Source: Trichosphaerium sp. ATCC 40318
Lineage: Eukaryota > Protista > Tubulinea
Assembly: GCA_038496445.1 (NCBI GenBank)
Contig: JALMLS010000093.1
Coordinates: forward strand, 372,001 to 436,000
Direction of reading: 5' to 3'
DNA: 64,000 nt
In this document: piece after piece, positions 14,054 to 24,783 of the stretch
Layout of the letters: every line of letters begins with the position of its first letter
Numbering within the stretch: the stretch's first letter is position 1
Notes under the pieces: model-generated
The model's database searches: none
What the model was told of the DNA's origin: nothing
Seen by the model: only the letters and a program-made list of their open reading frames with translations
Position numbers and translations under genes: made by a program

Positions 14054-14095
14054 TATCCCACTATTTATTTTTGGACAGAATATGGGCGTATAAAA
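14054..14095 (+). promoter_or_regulatory. Candidate type-3 Pol III promoter: USE/DUSE-like TCCCACTA (14056) and TATAAAA (14089)
   Basis: Boxes lie about -64 and -31 from the start of the structured region. The only substitutions between the copies in this stretch fall in the spacer, whose length is preserved. Confidence 0.55.
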
Positions 14096-14119
14096 CGAAA
14101 TGAATTTCTTCTATATATC

Positions 14120-14296
14120 AGATGGAAGTAGTTCTCCATTAGTTTCGGTTTGACTAACCGAAGCGACAACAAAGCTTTCGTAGTGGCCGATGAAAGTAGA
14201 CATGGCAGTCTCAAACACCAAGAAATAAAAAAAAAGTAACAACTCTATTAGCGGCTACCAGGGTGCTTGCATCGGTGAACATAGGTTACTTTTTTT
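14120..14296 (+). ncRNA. Candidate structured ~177-nt ncRNA of unknown class, copy 1
   Basis: Five hairpins, three containing G-U pairs that work only on this strand; ends in T7; identical to copy 2; upstream USE-like box and TATA. Confidence 0.6.
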
Positions 14297-14630
14297 GGTA
14301 CCCTAAAAAAAAATGCAAACAAACCCCAGCGGCCTAACCTAGGTAGTGCATCTGAATGAAAACAAACAACAATACCGTGTCCTCACCTAGTGAGGATACT
14401 TTTGCTTAATTAAGATAGAAGCTAACTTTTTTGGAAGTACGTTACATACATGTCCTTTCTACCTCTCAATATCAACTTTAGTTGCGAATAATTGTAAGTT
14501 ATTTCGCTGATGCACATAACAAACCATCGCTTGTATGCCACTTGAGTAAAGGACAGTCAATGTAAGAATGTGACAATTCTTTTTAAATCTTATACTGTTT
14601 TTATCTAGTAATACATCTTTTAAGAGGGCT

Positions 14631-16433
14631 TTACACAACCGAGATTTCATCAGTGGCGTCTGTAACCTCTGTAACCTTTGATTGTACATTAATAGATTTC
14701 GATTTCGAGCTGACATGTGACATCTGTGCACTAAAACTACTTGAATTCTTTTTCTTTGGTGGAATGAAGCTAATAGCTTGTGTTATTGAAAGTGCATTGA
14801 ACAATGATTGTGCTTCGAGAAATAAACAAACATTGATCACAGGGTTTGATTGATACGGAGGCCAGAATATCCATAACACCCCATTCAATCCAATATTATT
14901 CATGATGAACAACGTGATTGATACACGTGTGAATAGTTTTGAAATCATACTTCTCGTGTCGCTGTTATCAACGCTTGAACTTCTTAGTCTCCTCCAAAGT
15001 TTGAAAGCAACGATTGTTAGGTATATCATTATACCTGTGCTAGCTACTGTATGGAAGCAAATTGTTAAGATGAACGATATCTCCGTTATCGGGAAAAGCA
15101 CAATACGTAGTATTGCCATAGTTGTCTCAAACGCAACTATTACACCAGAAAAAATGTAGAAAGGTATTGATAGCTTCTTAAGGTATGGTGTTACTTCAAG
15201 ACTTAATGAAATCATAGATTCATGCCAGTAGAGGACAATCAATAAGTTTGTGATGTTAGGAAACATAGTGTTGTATAGTTGGAATATTTCGTTGTACCTA
15301 CGAAGAGGTTAAACTCAACAGTGATGATAAAGATCATAAAGATATTATAATGTATAGAGCGTACCATCGGAGAACAAAGAATAGATGTCCGAAAGGATCA
15401 GGAATAGCCCAAATAAGTCTGAAAAAATTACCACATATTTCTACCATTAAAGCAACTTTTGGAAGCGACAAGCGGAACCCATCTGCCACCAAGAACTGCA
15501 CTAGCCTTCATATTTTCGTTATGCGTCAATTGTTGTATTATACGTACCTTACTACTGACACAGTGAGTGCAGCGAGAGTCGTTAATATGAGAAAAACGTG
15601 AGCAACTGAAACGGATGTTAGTGTTTTGTTTGTGCCTTAGCATTGTACCTATAAGCCACGGGCTAGTGAAAACGTTGTACCATCGATTTTCAGCGTATTT
15701 AAAAGTCACAGTTGTATTGCCTGGAACAGAGGATATATGTCTTTGTGCCATTACTACAATACTGAGATCTGATAAATCATCTGTAACGTAGATTAAAACA
15801 TAAATATTTTTTTGTGGCTTGTACTCAATTTGATTAAAGACCCAGTGCCGACCCTCAAGTCATCTCTTGCTTTGAAATATTCTACTATACCTACAACTCC
15901 CTTTGATTCCCACTCTTTATACCGTTTTCGATCTTTTGGATATGTCGCTAGAACTGCTTTTCCTAAAAAATGAAAAGTCAGTATGTATTTCTTTTCCATC
16001 TTCCTAGAAATGGAACATGCGTTTTCAAGTTATCGGTAATGATCAGTTTAGAGTTAAAATTAACAAAAAAGATGTTAACCCAAGGTCGCTATGAGAGTGA
16101 CAAACTACTGTGTTACACCGACTTAACCTGGGCTATTGGTTAAGATTGATATGTTGTCTACTATTTTCTGTTTGGCTGCCGACCAGCTCGAACTTTCGGC
16201 ATAACACAATAGTAGCGGTAAAAAGGGATGTTCCCGTTTTTCGTACCAGTTACGTTGACGCCATCACGTGGTACTACGAGCGTTGCGTTGAACGGTTCAA
16301 AAAATACTTTGGCGTTCCTTTCAAAGTAGTACGGGACACCTGCGTACTCCGCGGAGGTATTGTTATTCGAAATAACAATGTTACAAATTGATAAGCCAAT
16401 AAATGCGAATATCAATAGCGCTACAGTATTCAT
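14631..16433 (-). CDS. PA-like/7TM membrane protein, paralog A
   Basis: Signal peptide MNTVALLIFAFIGLSIC; GKAVL..ESKGVVGIVEY; TM helices; LIVLYWHE; close paralog at 21287-23282. Confidence 0.82.
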
Positions 16434-16699
16434 TGATGAACTTCTATGTTTCGTCCGTTTTTGTTGAGAACTGCTTTCAGCTTTTTTGGATTTGTTTTGA
16501 TCAATCATTACTTGACAAGACCGGAATATTGATAAGCCAATAGACCATTATTTTATGCTTTTATAGTAATCATATTACAGCTACAATTACATGCAAGATT
16601 GCGTTTTAAGTGCTTAAACAATACACGTGGTAAAACGCAAGATGCTGTTACATAAGCCGTTCCTACAATGTGCTTGTCTTATAGCATTATCCATGTTTG

Positions 16700-16825
16700 T
16701 GATAGATAAAGGATAAAGCATTGCGCAAGGAAGTATAACATATCTGAAGGGTGTTAAAGTAATAGATGTTCGTGGTAGATCAGTCACAAATGAAGGTATT
16801 TCTATATGGCTCAGTGGTGCTTTGT
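16700..16825 (+). pseudogene. Relic of an LRR repeat gene
   Basis: Frameshifted DKG/IKAL followed by YLKGVKVIDVRGRSVTNEGI, resembling the LRR units at 37816-38340. Confidence 0.4.
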
Positions 16826-17220
16826 GCTACTAATGGATTGCAGTTTAAGTAATTCACTTTTATTGTATTGCTGTTTTGTGATACTATCATGAAATACACG
16901 TAGTCTACCATATTGTAATGGTCAAACTAATTAATAAATCCTATCCTACAATTGCTCTGTCTATCAAGAAATTGATCTTGAATAAACTGCAGGAATTTGT
17001 TATGTTCGCGATTAATCCTTTACACGGAGCACGTGAAGGACTTGACAAGACCTGATCTTCGCATTGTCCTTAGCGAGATCTTAGCTCTCGTAGCTGGTGA
17101 AAATCACGTGATGAAAGTTGCGAAGAAACTATTCTCTGGCACAAGACAAAGTCCATAGGATTTCGCTTGGGTGACTTAACGTACTATTAAGTTTAACAAA
17201 TTTTCTACGTTAGACACGAG

Positions 17221-18143
17221 ATGAGCAACGCTTGTTTTATTCTTTTGGTAGCTATCGCAGCCGTTGTGCTTGCTGGCAAGGTACGCTAGTTTTTTCCAAT
17301 TGAAAGTAACACGTCATAACATTTGTTAGGGCCCAAAAATCACTGATAGAGTATTCTTTGACATTGAAATTGGTGGTGAGGCTGCAGGTCGCATTGAAAT
17401 TGGATTGTAAGTGAAAAAGTGCTACTATCCTTGCTTATAAAGCTTAGGTACGGTGGTACAGTACCAAAGACAGTGAAAAACTTTGTCGGTCTATGCACTC
17501 ACGAAAAGGGATTCGGTTACCGTGGTTCTGGTTTCCATCGCGTATGAACTCTTTTAAAACAAAATATTACGGTTTGAAACTCAAAGTATCTTTAGGTCAT
17601 CAAAAACTTTATGATTCAAGGCGGTGACTTCACCAGAGGTGATGGTAAGTACAAAGACAGAGTTTATCCAAATTTCTTGGAGAAAACGCCAACAAACCAT
17701 TTTAAGTTTGCCATATTACCGAAATAATAACATAAACGCGCAGGTACTGGCGGTAAATCCATCTACGGCGAAAAGTTCGAAGATGAAAACTTTAAATTGA
17801 AGCATAAAGGTCCAGGTACACTCAGTATGGCCAACGCTGGTAGAGACACCAACGGATCCCAATTTTTCATGTACGTACAACCCCACAAACGGCGTTTTGT
17901 TTTTTTTGTTTTTTATCGTTTTTTGCTCTTCTCTTACCTTTTTACGCTAGTTGCACTGCCAATACCTCTTGGTTGGACGGAAAGCATGTAGTTTTCGGTA
18001 CTGTTACTGATGGTATGGATGTTGTAAGAAAGATTGAGAACAGCAAGACAAAACCAGGTGACAAACCAGAGAAAGCCGTCATTATCGCCAACTGCGACAT
18101 TATTGAAGATGAAGACAGCGAAGAGACCAAAGAAGATTTGTAA
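17221..18143 (+). CDS. PPIB: Cyclophilin B-type peptidyl-prolyl isomerase (ER-targeted)
   Basis: Signal peptide; [64 protein letters not shown]; ends KEDL; five canonical introns. Confidence 0.95.
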
Positions 18144-18303
18144 ATCTCTTACTTTTACTCTTTAATCCAATAAAAGACACCCAGAGACTACATGACCTTT
18201 GTAGAGTTGTTTTAAACAAAAATCGTTGTCTTTTGAATATGTTTGACCTTCTTTGCGTCTTATTTTTTTTGCGGCATTTTTTTTTAATGATCGATGTTCT
18301 GTA

Positions 18304-19624
18304 ATGAGTAAAGCCAGTAAAAAGGTTCGTATTTGCCTCTGTATGCTTCGTTAATATGTTTCAGAAGAGCATAGAAAACGTGGAACAAAAGGCAACGCGT
18401 CATAGACGTAAGAAAGATGATATTGTCAGAAACTGGCGTTGTCCTGTAGTAGGTTGCAAAAAATCGTATGGTTCAGAAGGTACATGACCGAGAATTGACG
18501 TGAGGTTGATTGATTAATATCGAAACCTTAGGTGCACTCAAGATGCACAAGAGGACTAAGCACCCTGAGATACGTCAGCAGATGGCTGTAAGTTCTCCGT
18601 TTAAGGATATCAGAATGAAACAGGAACCGGTAATTAGCAATTCATCGAACGATACACGTTTTCGAGTTTTTTCAGAATTTGTTTTTTTTTAAAACGCCTT
18701 TAATAATTACACACCCTTTTTAATATTACATTTAGACGCTATACTTTTCTTTACCTTTATCAAAGCAGATTCTAAATGCTAGAGCGAACGCAGAGAAGTA
18801 AGACAAACAACAGTAGAAAGCAATGCATGTTGACATTTGTTTCACAGACCATTTATGGGCCTTGCAGGCATGCCGAAACGTAACCTTACCCTTAATATGC
18901 CTTGTAAGACCATGGAATTTGTGGGGTATTTAATTTCTTATCTTATATTTTTTAGTGGATGAGGATGAGGAAGTACATCACGATGAAGAAGTTGCTGACA
19001 GCGAAGAAAATAGCGAGGCAGTGTATGACTTAATGCATGCTCCTTTGCTTATGCTTACCATTGGGAAATGGTCTTATAGCTCAATGTACTGTGGAGATCT
19101 TATGACGTGCATGAACAAATCTGTACGTTATCAAGAAATCAATGAAAGCTGATTCTTTCAAAAATACCAGGAAGACACTATTTCGTTTGATGTCTTGAAT
19201 GTATCAACGATTTCAAGGATTACAATCCAACACCAGGATATAGCTAACATCCAGATGAACACATATGCTGATAACACTGCTACAATGTGTATTAAGTTGA
19301 AAAAGAATAGAAATGTGTACTTTTACAGGTGTATTGTAAAAGAGCATGAATCTATTGAATGGGATGAAGGTGACGATTTTACAAGTGGAGGACTAAAGTC
19401 AAGATGTATCATAGCTCACTTCACCAAGAAGGCGCTCAGGGAAGCTATTCAAGTACGGTTATCCTTAATAAGTGGTGAACTATTTAATCGTTTGGTCAGG
19501 TTCTAAACAATGACACGAGGCTTCGTGACTTGCAGCTATTAAATGTACTGTATTTTTTTGATATCTTTGGCAATATTCTAATACTCTGTCTTAGCATGAT
19601 ACGTCTTGGTGCTTCTACGATTAG
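18304..19624 (+). CDS. C2H2 zinc-finger protein with a C-terminal TRF2/HOY1-like PH domain
   Basis: CPVVGCKKSYGSEGALKMHKRTKH zinc finger; LTIGKW..GDL..ITIQHQDI..FYR..WDEGDDFTSG..DTRL pattern recalled for the TRF2/HOY1 PH-like domain. Confidence 0.75.
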
Positions 19625-19759
19625 TTCCTTTCAGTGTAAGAAACAAATTTGGACCAAAAGAATAAACGTGCAAGCAGCATATCATATTTGGGAGAAAACA
19701 CGCTGATGTATTTTGTAATAAAAAAAAATGCCAGTGCTTTATTTTTCATTTAAGGGTAA

Positions 19760-20762
19760 CTAGAGGTTACAAGCCAAAACAAGACAGAACAAGCATAGTC
19801 CAACTAAACTCCTTATTGTGCATGCGTTGCTTGTACCACCAGTACCAGTCGGTACAGCTACACTAGAGCTTGTAGGCAAATCAGTAGGTACTGTAGGGGT
19901 TGTTGGAGCTGATGTTGTAGACAACGCAGTTGGCGACTCGGTTGGCAACTCTGTTGGTGAGCTTGATGGTGTAGCAGTTGGTGATAAAGTTGGCGCTATA
20001 GGCGGAGTGGGTGGAATCAATTCGTTTAGAACAGCGAAAATTCTAGTTAGTAAACAATCCCCGTCTCCTACTCTGTCAGATATTATCCAAGCCTAATTAC
20101 AATTAAAGGTAAATACAAGCACGTGGTCTTGTTCAAACACTTAAGACTACAAGAGAAGAAAGGAATTAAATGCTGGCATCACTTACTCTCATATTTATGG
20201 GTCCTGTACCAGGAGGTGGAGCGGTCCAAATCATTGGCTCAGTGAAGTTCTTATAGCTACCATCAATGTGTCTAATACTGCCTACACACTCTGCTGAAAA
20301 CAGTGAAGGGTCTGTAGTCAACTCGTTTGTATCATAGAATTTACCGACCATTGTTGAATTGCCAATATCTCCTTTATACATAGACCACATCATTCCCTGT
20401 TTTTTCGCAAAGCGAAAAGTTAGCCCACTACAAAATAGAAGGTGTATTTTTTTTACCTTAGTGCCTGTAGGTTCGCCAAAGTACCCAAATGGGATAGTAT
20501 GATTGAAACTTGGAATATATTGTTCGTAATTGAGAATGGGGTCGTTGAAAAAGGGAAACAGATTAACATGCCTTCTGGAATGGTCGTAAGTTTGTCTGTA
20601 GTAAATAACACAGAGATACTAAAAAACTTACGTAACAGTTTTACACATTGGTGAGCCTATTTCTTCTGAGGAGGCTGGACAAATTGGTATTGGTGCTGTA
20701 GAAAAACATGAAGATAGAGTGACGAAACAAAGTGATAGGGTAATGTAGGTTGCTATATCCAT
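19760..20762 (-). CDS. Reeler-like domain surface protein with Pro/Thr/Ser stalk and probable GPI signal
   Basis: Signal peptide MDIATYITLSLCFVTLSSCF; VGKF..C..IRH..WTAPPPGTGPI; PT-rich stalk; hydrophobic C-terminus after GGTSNA. Confidence 0.78.
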
Positions 20763-20817
20763 GGCTAGTGATGCGTTGTGGTTTGAGACGTAGAAATATG
20801 TTCAAAGTGAAAGGTAT

Positions 20818-21075
20818 CTGACAAAGGCAGTTCATTTAACAAGGAAAGATAAGATGGGTCACAAGAACTTAATTGGTTTGGCGCAAACACTTTTACAGAC
20901 AGGGAGGAGGTAACATGGGCAGTAGTGAAACGAACTGACAAAGGCAGTTCATTGACCAAGCAAGAAAGATAGATTGTGTTACGAGAACTTAATTGGTTGG
21001 ACAGAAACACTTTTACAGGCAAGAGGTAACATGGAACAGTAGCGAAAGGAACTGACAAAGGCAGTTCGTTGAACA
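20818..21075. repeat. 117-bp tandem repeat, about 2.2 copies
   Basis: CTGACAAAGGCAGTTC at 20818, 20935 and 21052; shared blocks AGAACTTAATTGGTT, AAACACTTTTACAG, GAGGTAACATGG. Confidence 0.9.
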
Positions 21076-21286
21076 GGGAAGATGGTAAGAGTTACCCGAC
21101 GGCTGTTGGTCACCTAGGTACAAACGGTAGTGCTATGAATATTATTTCATCTGTATGGTATGTAGACGGGCATCTAAGGTCTGAAAGCACGTGCTACTAC
21201 CAAAAAAAAGGCCGAAGAAAAAAAAACGAAGTTTTGATTACACGTTAGAGTATGTTTTACAAAGTGTCAGTATCTTCATCAATCCG

Positions 21287-23282
21287 TTATCCTCCATTAC
21301 CAGATCTCGTTTTATAAGACACCTTAGAACTACCACTCCTCTTTTTAGGTGGTATGAAACTTATTGATTGCGTTATTGAAAGAGCATTAAACAATGTCAT
21401 TACTTCAATAAATAGGCATATATGTGCTATAGGATTCGATTGATAAGGAGCCCAGAACATCCATAATACTCCATTAATACCAATATTAATCATTATAAAC
21501 AAGGTGATTGATACACGTGTGAGTAGTCTTGTAATAATACTTCGATTGTCAGTATTGGAACTCATAGTTCTGAGTCTCTTCCAAAGTTTGAAAGCTATTA
21601 CAGTGAAGTATGTCATTATAGCTGCACTAGATAACGTATGGAAACCAGCTGTTATAAAGAATGAAAGCTCCGTTATCGGGAAAAGCACAATACGTAGTAT
21701 TGCCATAATATTCTCAAAAGCAACTACTACACCACAAAAAATATAGAAAGGTATTGCTAGTTTCTTAAGGTATGGTGTTACTTCAAGGCTTAACGAAATC
21801 ATAGATTCATGCCAGTAGAGGACAATCAGTAGGTTTGAGATATTAGAAAACATTGTATGATATATTTGAAACACTTCATTGTACCTACACGGGTAAAGTC
21901 AGACAAAAAACAAAAACGTGCTAGGAAAGTTAAAAATTACTGTTAAAGTTGCTTGTAAACGTGTTTTGAGGATCTATGGTGTTGCAAGACGTTCTAGGGT
22001 TTGCTGTAAAATTGAATTTGTTTGGAGATCCACCACACGTGCTCACCACAGAGCCGGAAAATGGTTTTTGTACTGTTTTGTCATTCGTTCATTATTTTTA
22101 ACATACCATCTATGGACAAGGAATACGTGGCCGAAGGGATCGGGAACTAACCAAAAAAGTCTGAAGATATTCCCTAATACTTCTATCACCAACGCAACCT
22201 TTGCTAATGATGCGCGGTACCCATCCACGACAACGAATTGCACAAGTCTAACACAAGCAGTTTTAATGTTTGTTTGAATATTTACTGTAAAAAACGTACC
22301 GTACTGTGGATACAGTGAAAGCAATGAGAGTGCTTATTATGAAATAACCATGAGCAACTTATTACAAGGAACGTTAGAAATTGTTCGTAAAAAGTTGGCT
22401 TGTACCCAAAAACCAAGGGTTGTTGAAGACTGTGTACCAACGATTTTCATTGTACACGAATGTTACTGTAGTGTTATCACGTACTGATGACACATGTTTT
22501 TGCCCGATTACAACTGTACTTAAGTCAGACAAGTCGCCTATTGATGAGTTAAACAAAAGCGAAAAACACTATTCAAAAAATAAAACCGGATTGTACTCAG
22601 TTTGATAAAGGACCCCATGCCGACCCTTAAATCGTCTTTCGTATCATAATACTCCACAATTCCAATAACACCATTTAATTCCCATTGTACATATTTGGTT
22701 CGATCATCTGGGTATATCCCAAGAACTGCTTTTCCTAAAAAAGAAATCAGTGGCAAACCACAATTTTAACAACAAAAATATCCACAAATGTGTAAGACTC
22801 AAAATCTTTAGAGCGTTTGTTTACGTAAAAAATACTTTGTGTATTGTAAGCTTTCAGCAAAATATTACGAATTTTTTCCGACGACGCTGTGGAAAACTCA
22901 TTTTTTTTGACATTATTTGGTGTATTGCAAAAATAGATATTTATTGCTTTTCAAACTGAAAATAGCAAGAGAATCTGTTTCGTACCTGTTATATTAACGC
23001 CATCACCTGGTATTACGAGTGTTGCATTGAATGATTCAAAAAACACTTCAGCGTTCCTTTTAAAGTAGTATGGGACACCTGCGTACTCCGTAGAGGTGCC
23101 TTAAACGGTATTTGAGCCGAACAGCTGAAAAAAGAAAAAAAAACGGCAAGATATGGTTGCACGCTTTCAAAATAGTGCCCTAGCGCTCTGAGGCGTAAAA
23201 CGGACGTACCATTATATGTTAGTATTATATTTGCTATCGAAGTACCAATACAGGCGAATAGCAACAGCCATACGCTGTGCAT
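21287..23282 (-). CDS. PA-like/7TM membrane protein, paralog B
   Basis: MHSVWLLLFACIGTSIA signal; near-identical stretches to paralog A, e.g. NLLIVLYWHESMISLSLEVTPYLKKL. Confidence 0.82.
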
Positions 23283-23562
23283 TGATTGTTACACTATTTT
23301 TTGCCAAGTAGGTAGCGCAGCTAGAAAAAGTCAAACTAATTTTGGTTGTTTCGGAGTTTTTGCTGCAACTCAAATGCGCTAAAGGAAGGTAGTTACTCTT
23401 GCCCATATACCACCAATGCGTTATATACACCTCATATCTCTACTTGTACGCCGGTTGGAAAGGTTTTTACATATTTGGAACACGTGATCGTTATTTCGGC
23501 GTTATTATCTTTCGTACGGTAACACAATTCTCCGCTATGTCACCTCACCTTTAAACATAGAA

Positions 23563-24496
23563 ATGGCAACACGTAACACATATCTTCTAGTACTATTCAT
23601 AGCTATTATATCCAATGCTTTTACAAGAGAGTGTAAAGAAGTAAACCCAGTTGAAAATTTCTTAACAGAAGCTTACTTGGGCACGTGGTACGTACAGCCA
23701 GTGTGTAAACCTATAGAGCTTATTACCCCAAAAGGTATATCCAAGAACAGATGGAAGTATCGTACCTTCCTCTAGACCAGAATTATTGCGTTACAGCAAC
23801 ATACTCAAGAGGAGACGGCGAAGGTAAAATAAATGTATTAAACTACTCAAATAAGAACGAAGTACGACTTTGGAATCACCCTAAAAGTACCTATATTAAC
23901 CTGCCACGCGTAGGTCAATGGCCCCGCAACCGGTGGACCTCTTTGCGCTGTAGTTGAAGATAGTTCTGTACCATCAGCTCTAAAAGGTGATCAATAATCC
24001 TTCTAGAAACAGTTGATTCATCTAAAACTTTACTTTAGTTGGCCCATGTTTCTTGCCTCCTCTCTTCTATGGTCCATATTGGGTTGTTGCTATAGGTAAA
24101 TTTACAAATCCTTTCTAGCAGCTGACATATTGATAGGTCCTATAAGTCCAACGACAGGCTTGTATGAGTGGGCAGTCGTGAGCGGTGGTCAGCCCACAAT
24201 TCCAGCACGTCCTGGACTGTGTAACACAGGTAGGAACAATGGGAGTGGCGGAATAAATTAACGCTATTATAGGCACAGGAGTGAACGACTCTGGGTTATG
24301 GATATTCCATAGAACGCAAACAGCTCGCCCTGAGTTGATTGAAATGATCAAAAGACGCATACTTGATTTGGTAATGTGTATTGCACTTATGTTAGTTTAA
24401 CGTCTTTTTAAGGGTATTGACACACGTGTACTCAATCCTGTCACGCAAATCGGATGTAAATACGATCCACTAGATACATTAGCGGAGATACACTAA
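23563..24496 (+). CDS. Secreted lipocalin (ApoD/Blc-like)
   Basis: Signal peptide; C..VENF..YLGTWY, CVTATY, GPYWVV, YEWAVVSGG, LWIFHR, Q.GC. Confidence 0.88.
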
Positions 24497-24783
24497 AAAG
24501 GAAGATAACAGCTTGTGTTAATAAAATAGTAATCTGTTTAGTTTCAGCTCCCTTTCTTTGTTGTGAGTTTGCCACATCTTTTTTTCTACTGTTTCAACTG
24601 AACTATTTGTAAGTTTTTTTTTTGACTTCACGCGACTACACGTTCAAATAACTCTCGTTAAATAAGGCTCATAGTTACGTATCACGTGTGGAGACTACGT
24701 CGTTCCTTTATTTTAGCTTTTTAACTTGATTTGGGTGATAAAACGGCCGGGTGTATTCTACATTTTTAGTATTGGCTTACAAA

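Larger units (their letters stand above)
13633..14367 (+). repeat. Copy 1 of a ~730-bp non-coding segment duplicated in inverted orientation at 54659-55373
   Basis: Direct reverse-complement comparison: core ~13820-14301 nearly identical, flanks more diverged with indels. Confidence 0.95.

Noticed and set aside
14186-14216. CCGATGA..CAAAC as a hammerhead ribozyme core
   Set aside because: It deviates from CUGANGA and GAAA, and stems I and III cannot be formed convincingly.
13633-14367. Duplicated element as a MITE, Helitron or Fanzor end
   Set aside because: No terminal inverted repeats, target-site duplication or transposase/nuclease ORF was seen, and the duplication extends into the neighbouring gene. 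This is not fully excluded without genome-wide copy counts.
20818-21075. CRISPR-like array
   Set aside because: The intervening sequences are homologous to each other, there are fewer than three full units, there are no cas genes, and the context is eukaryotic.
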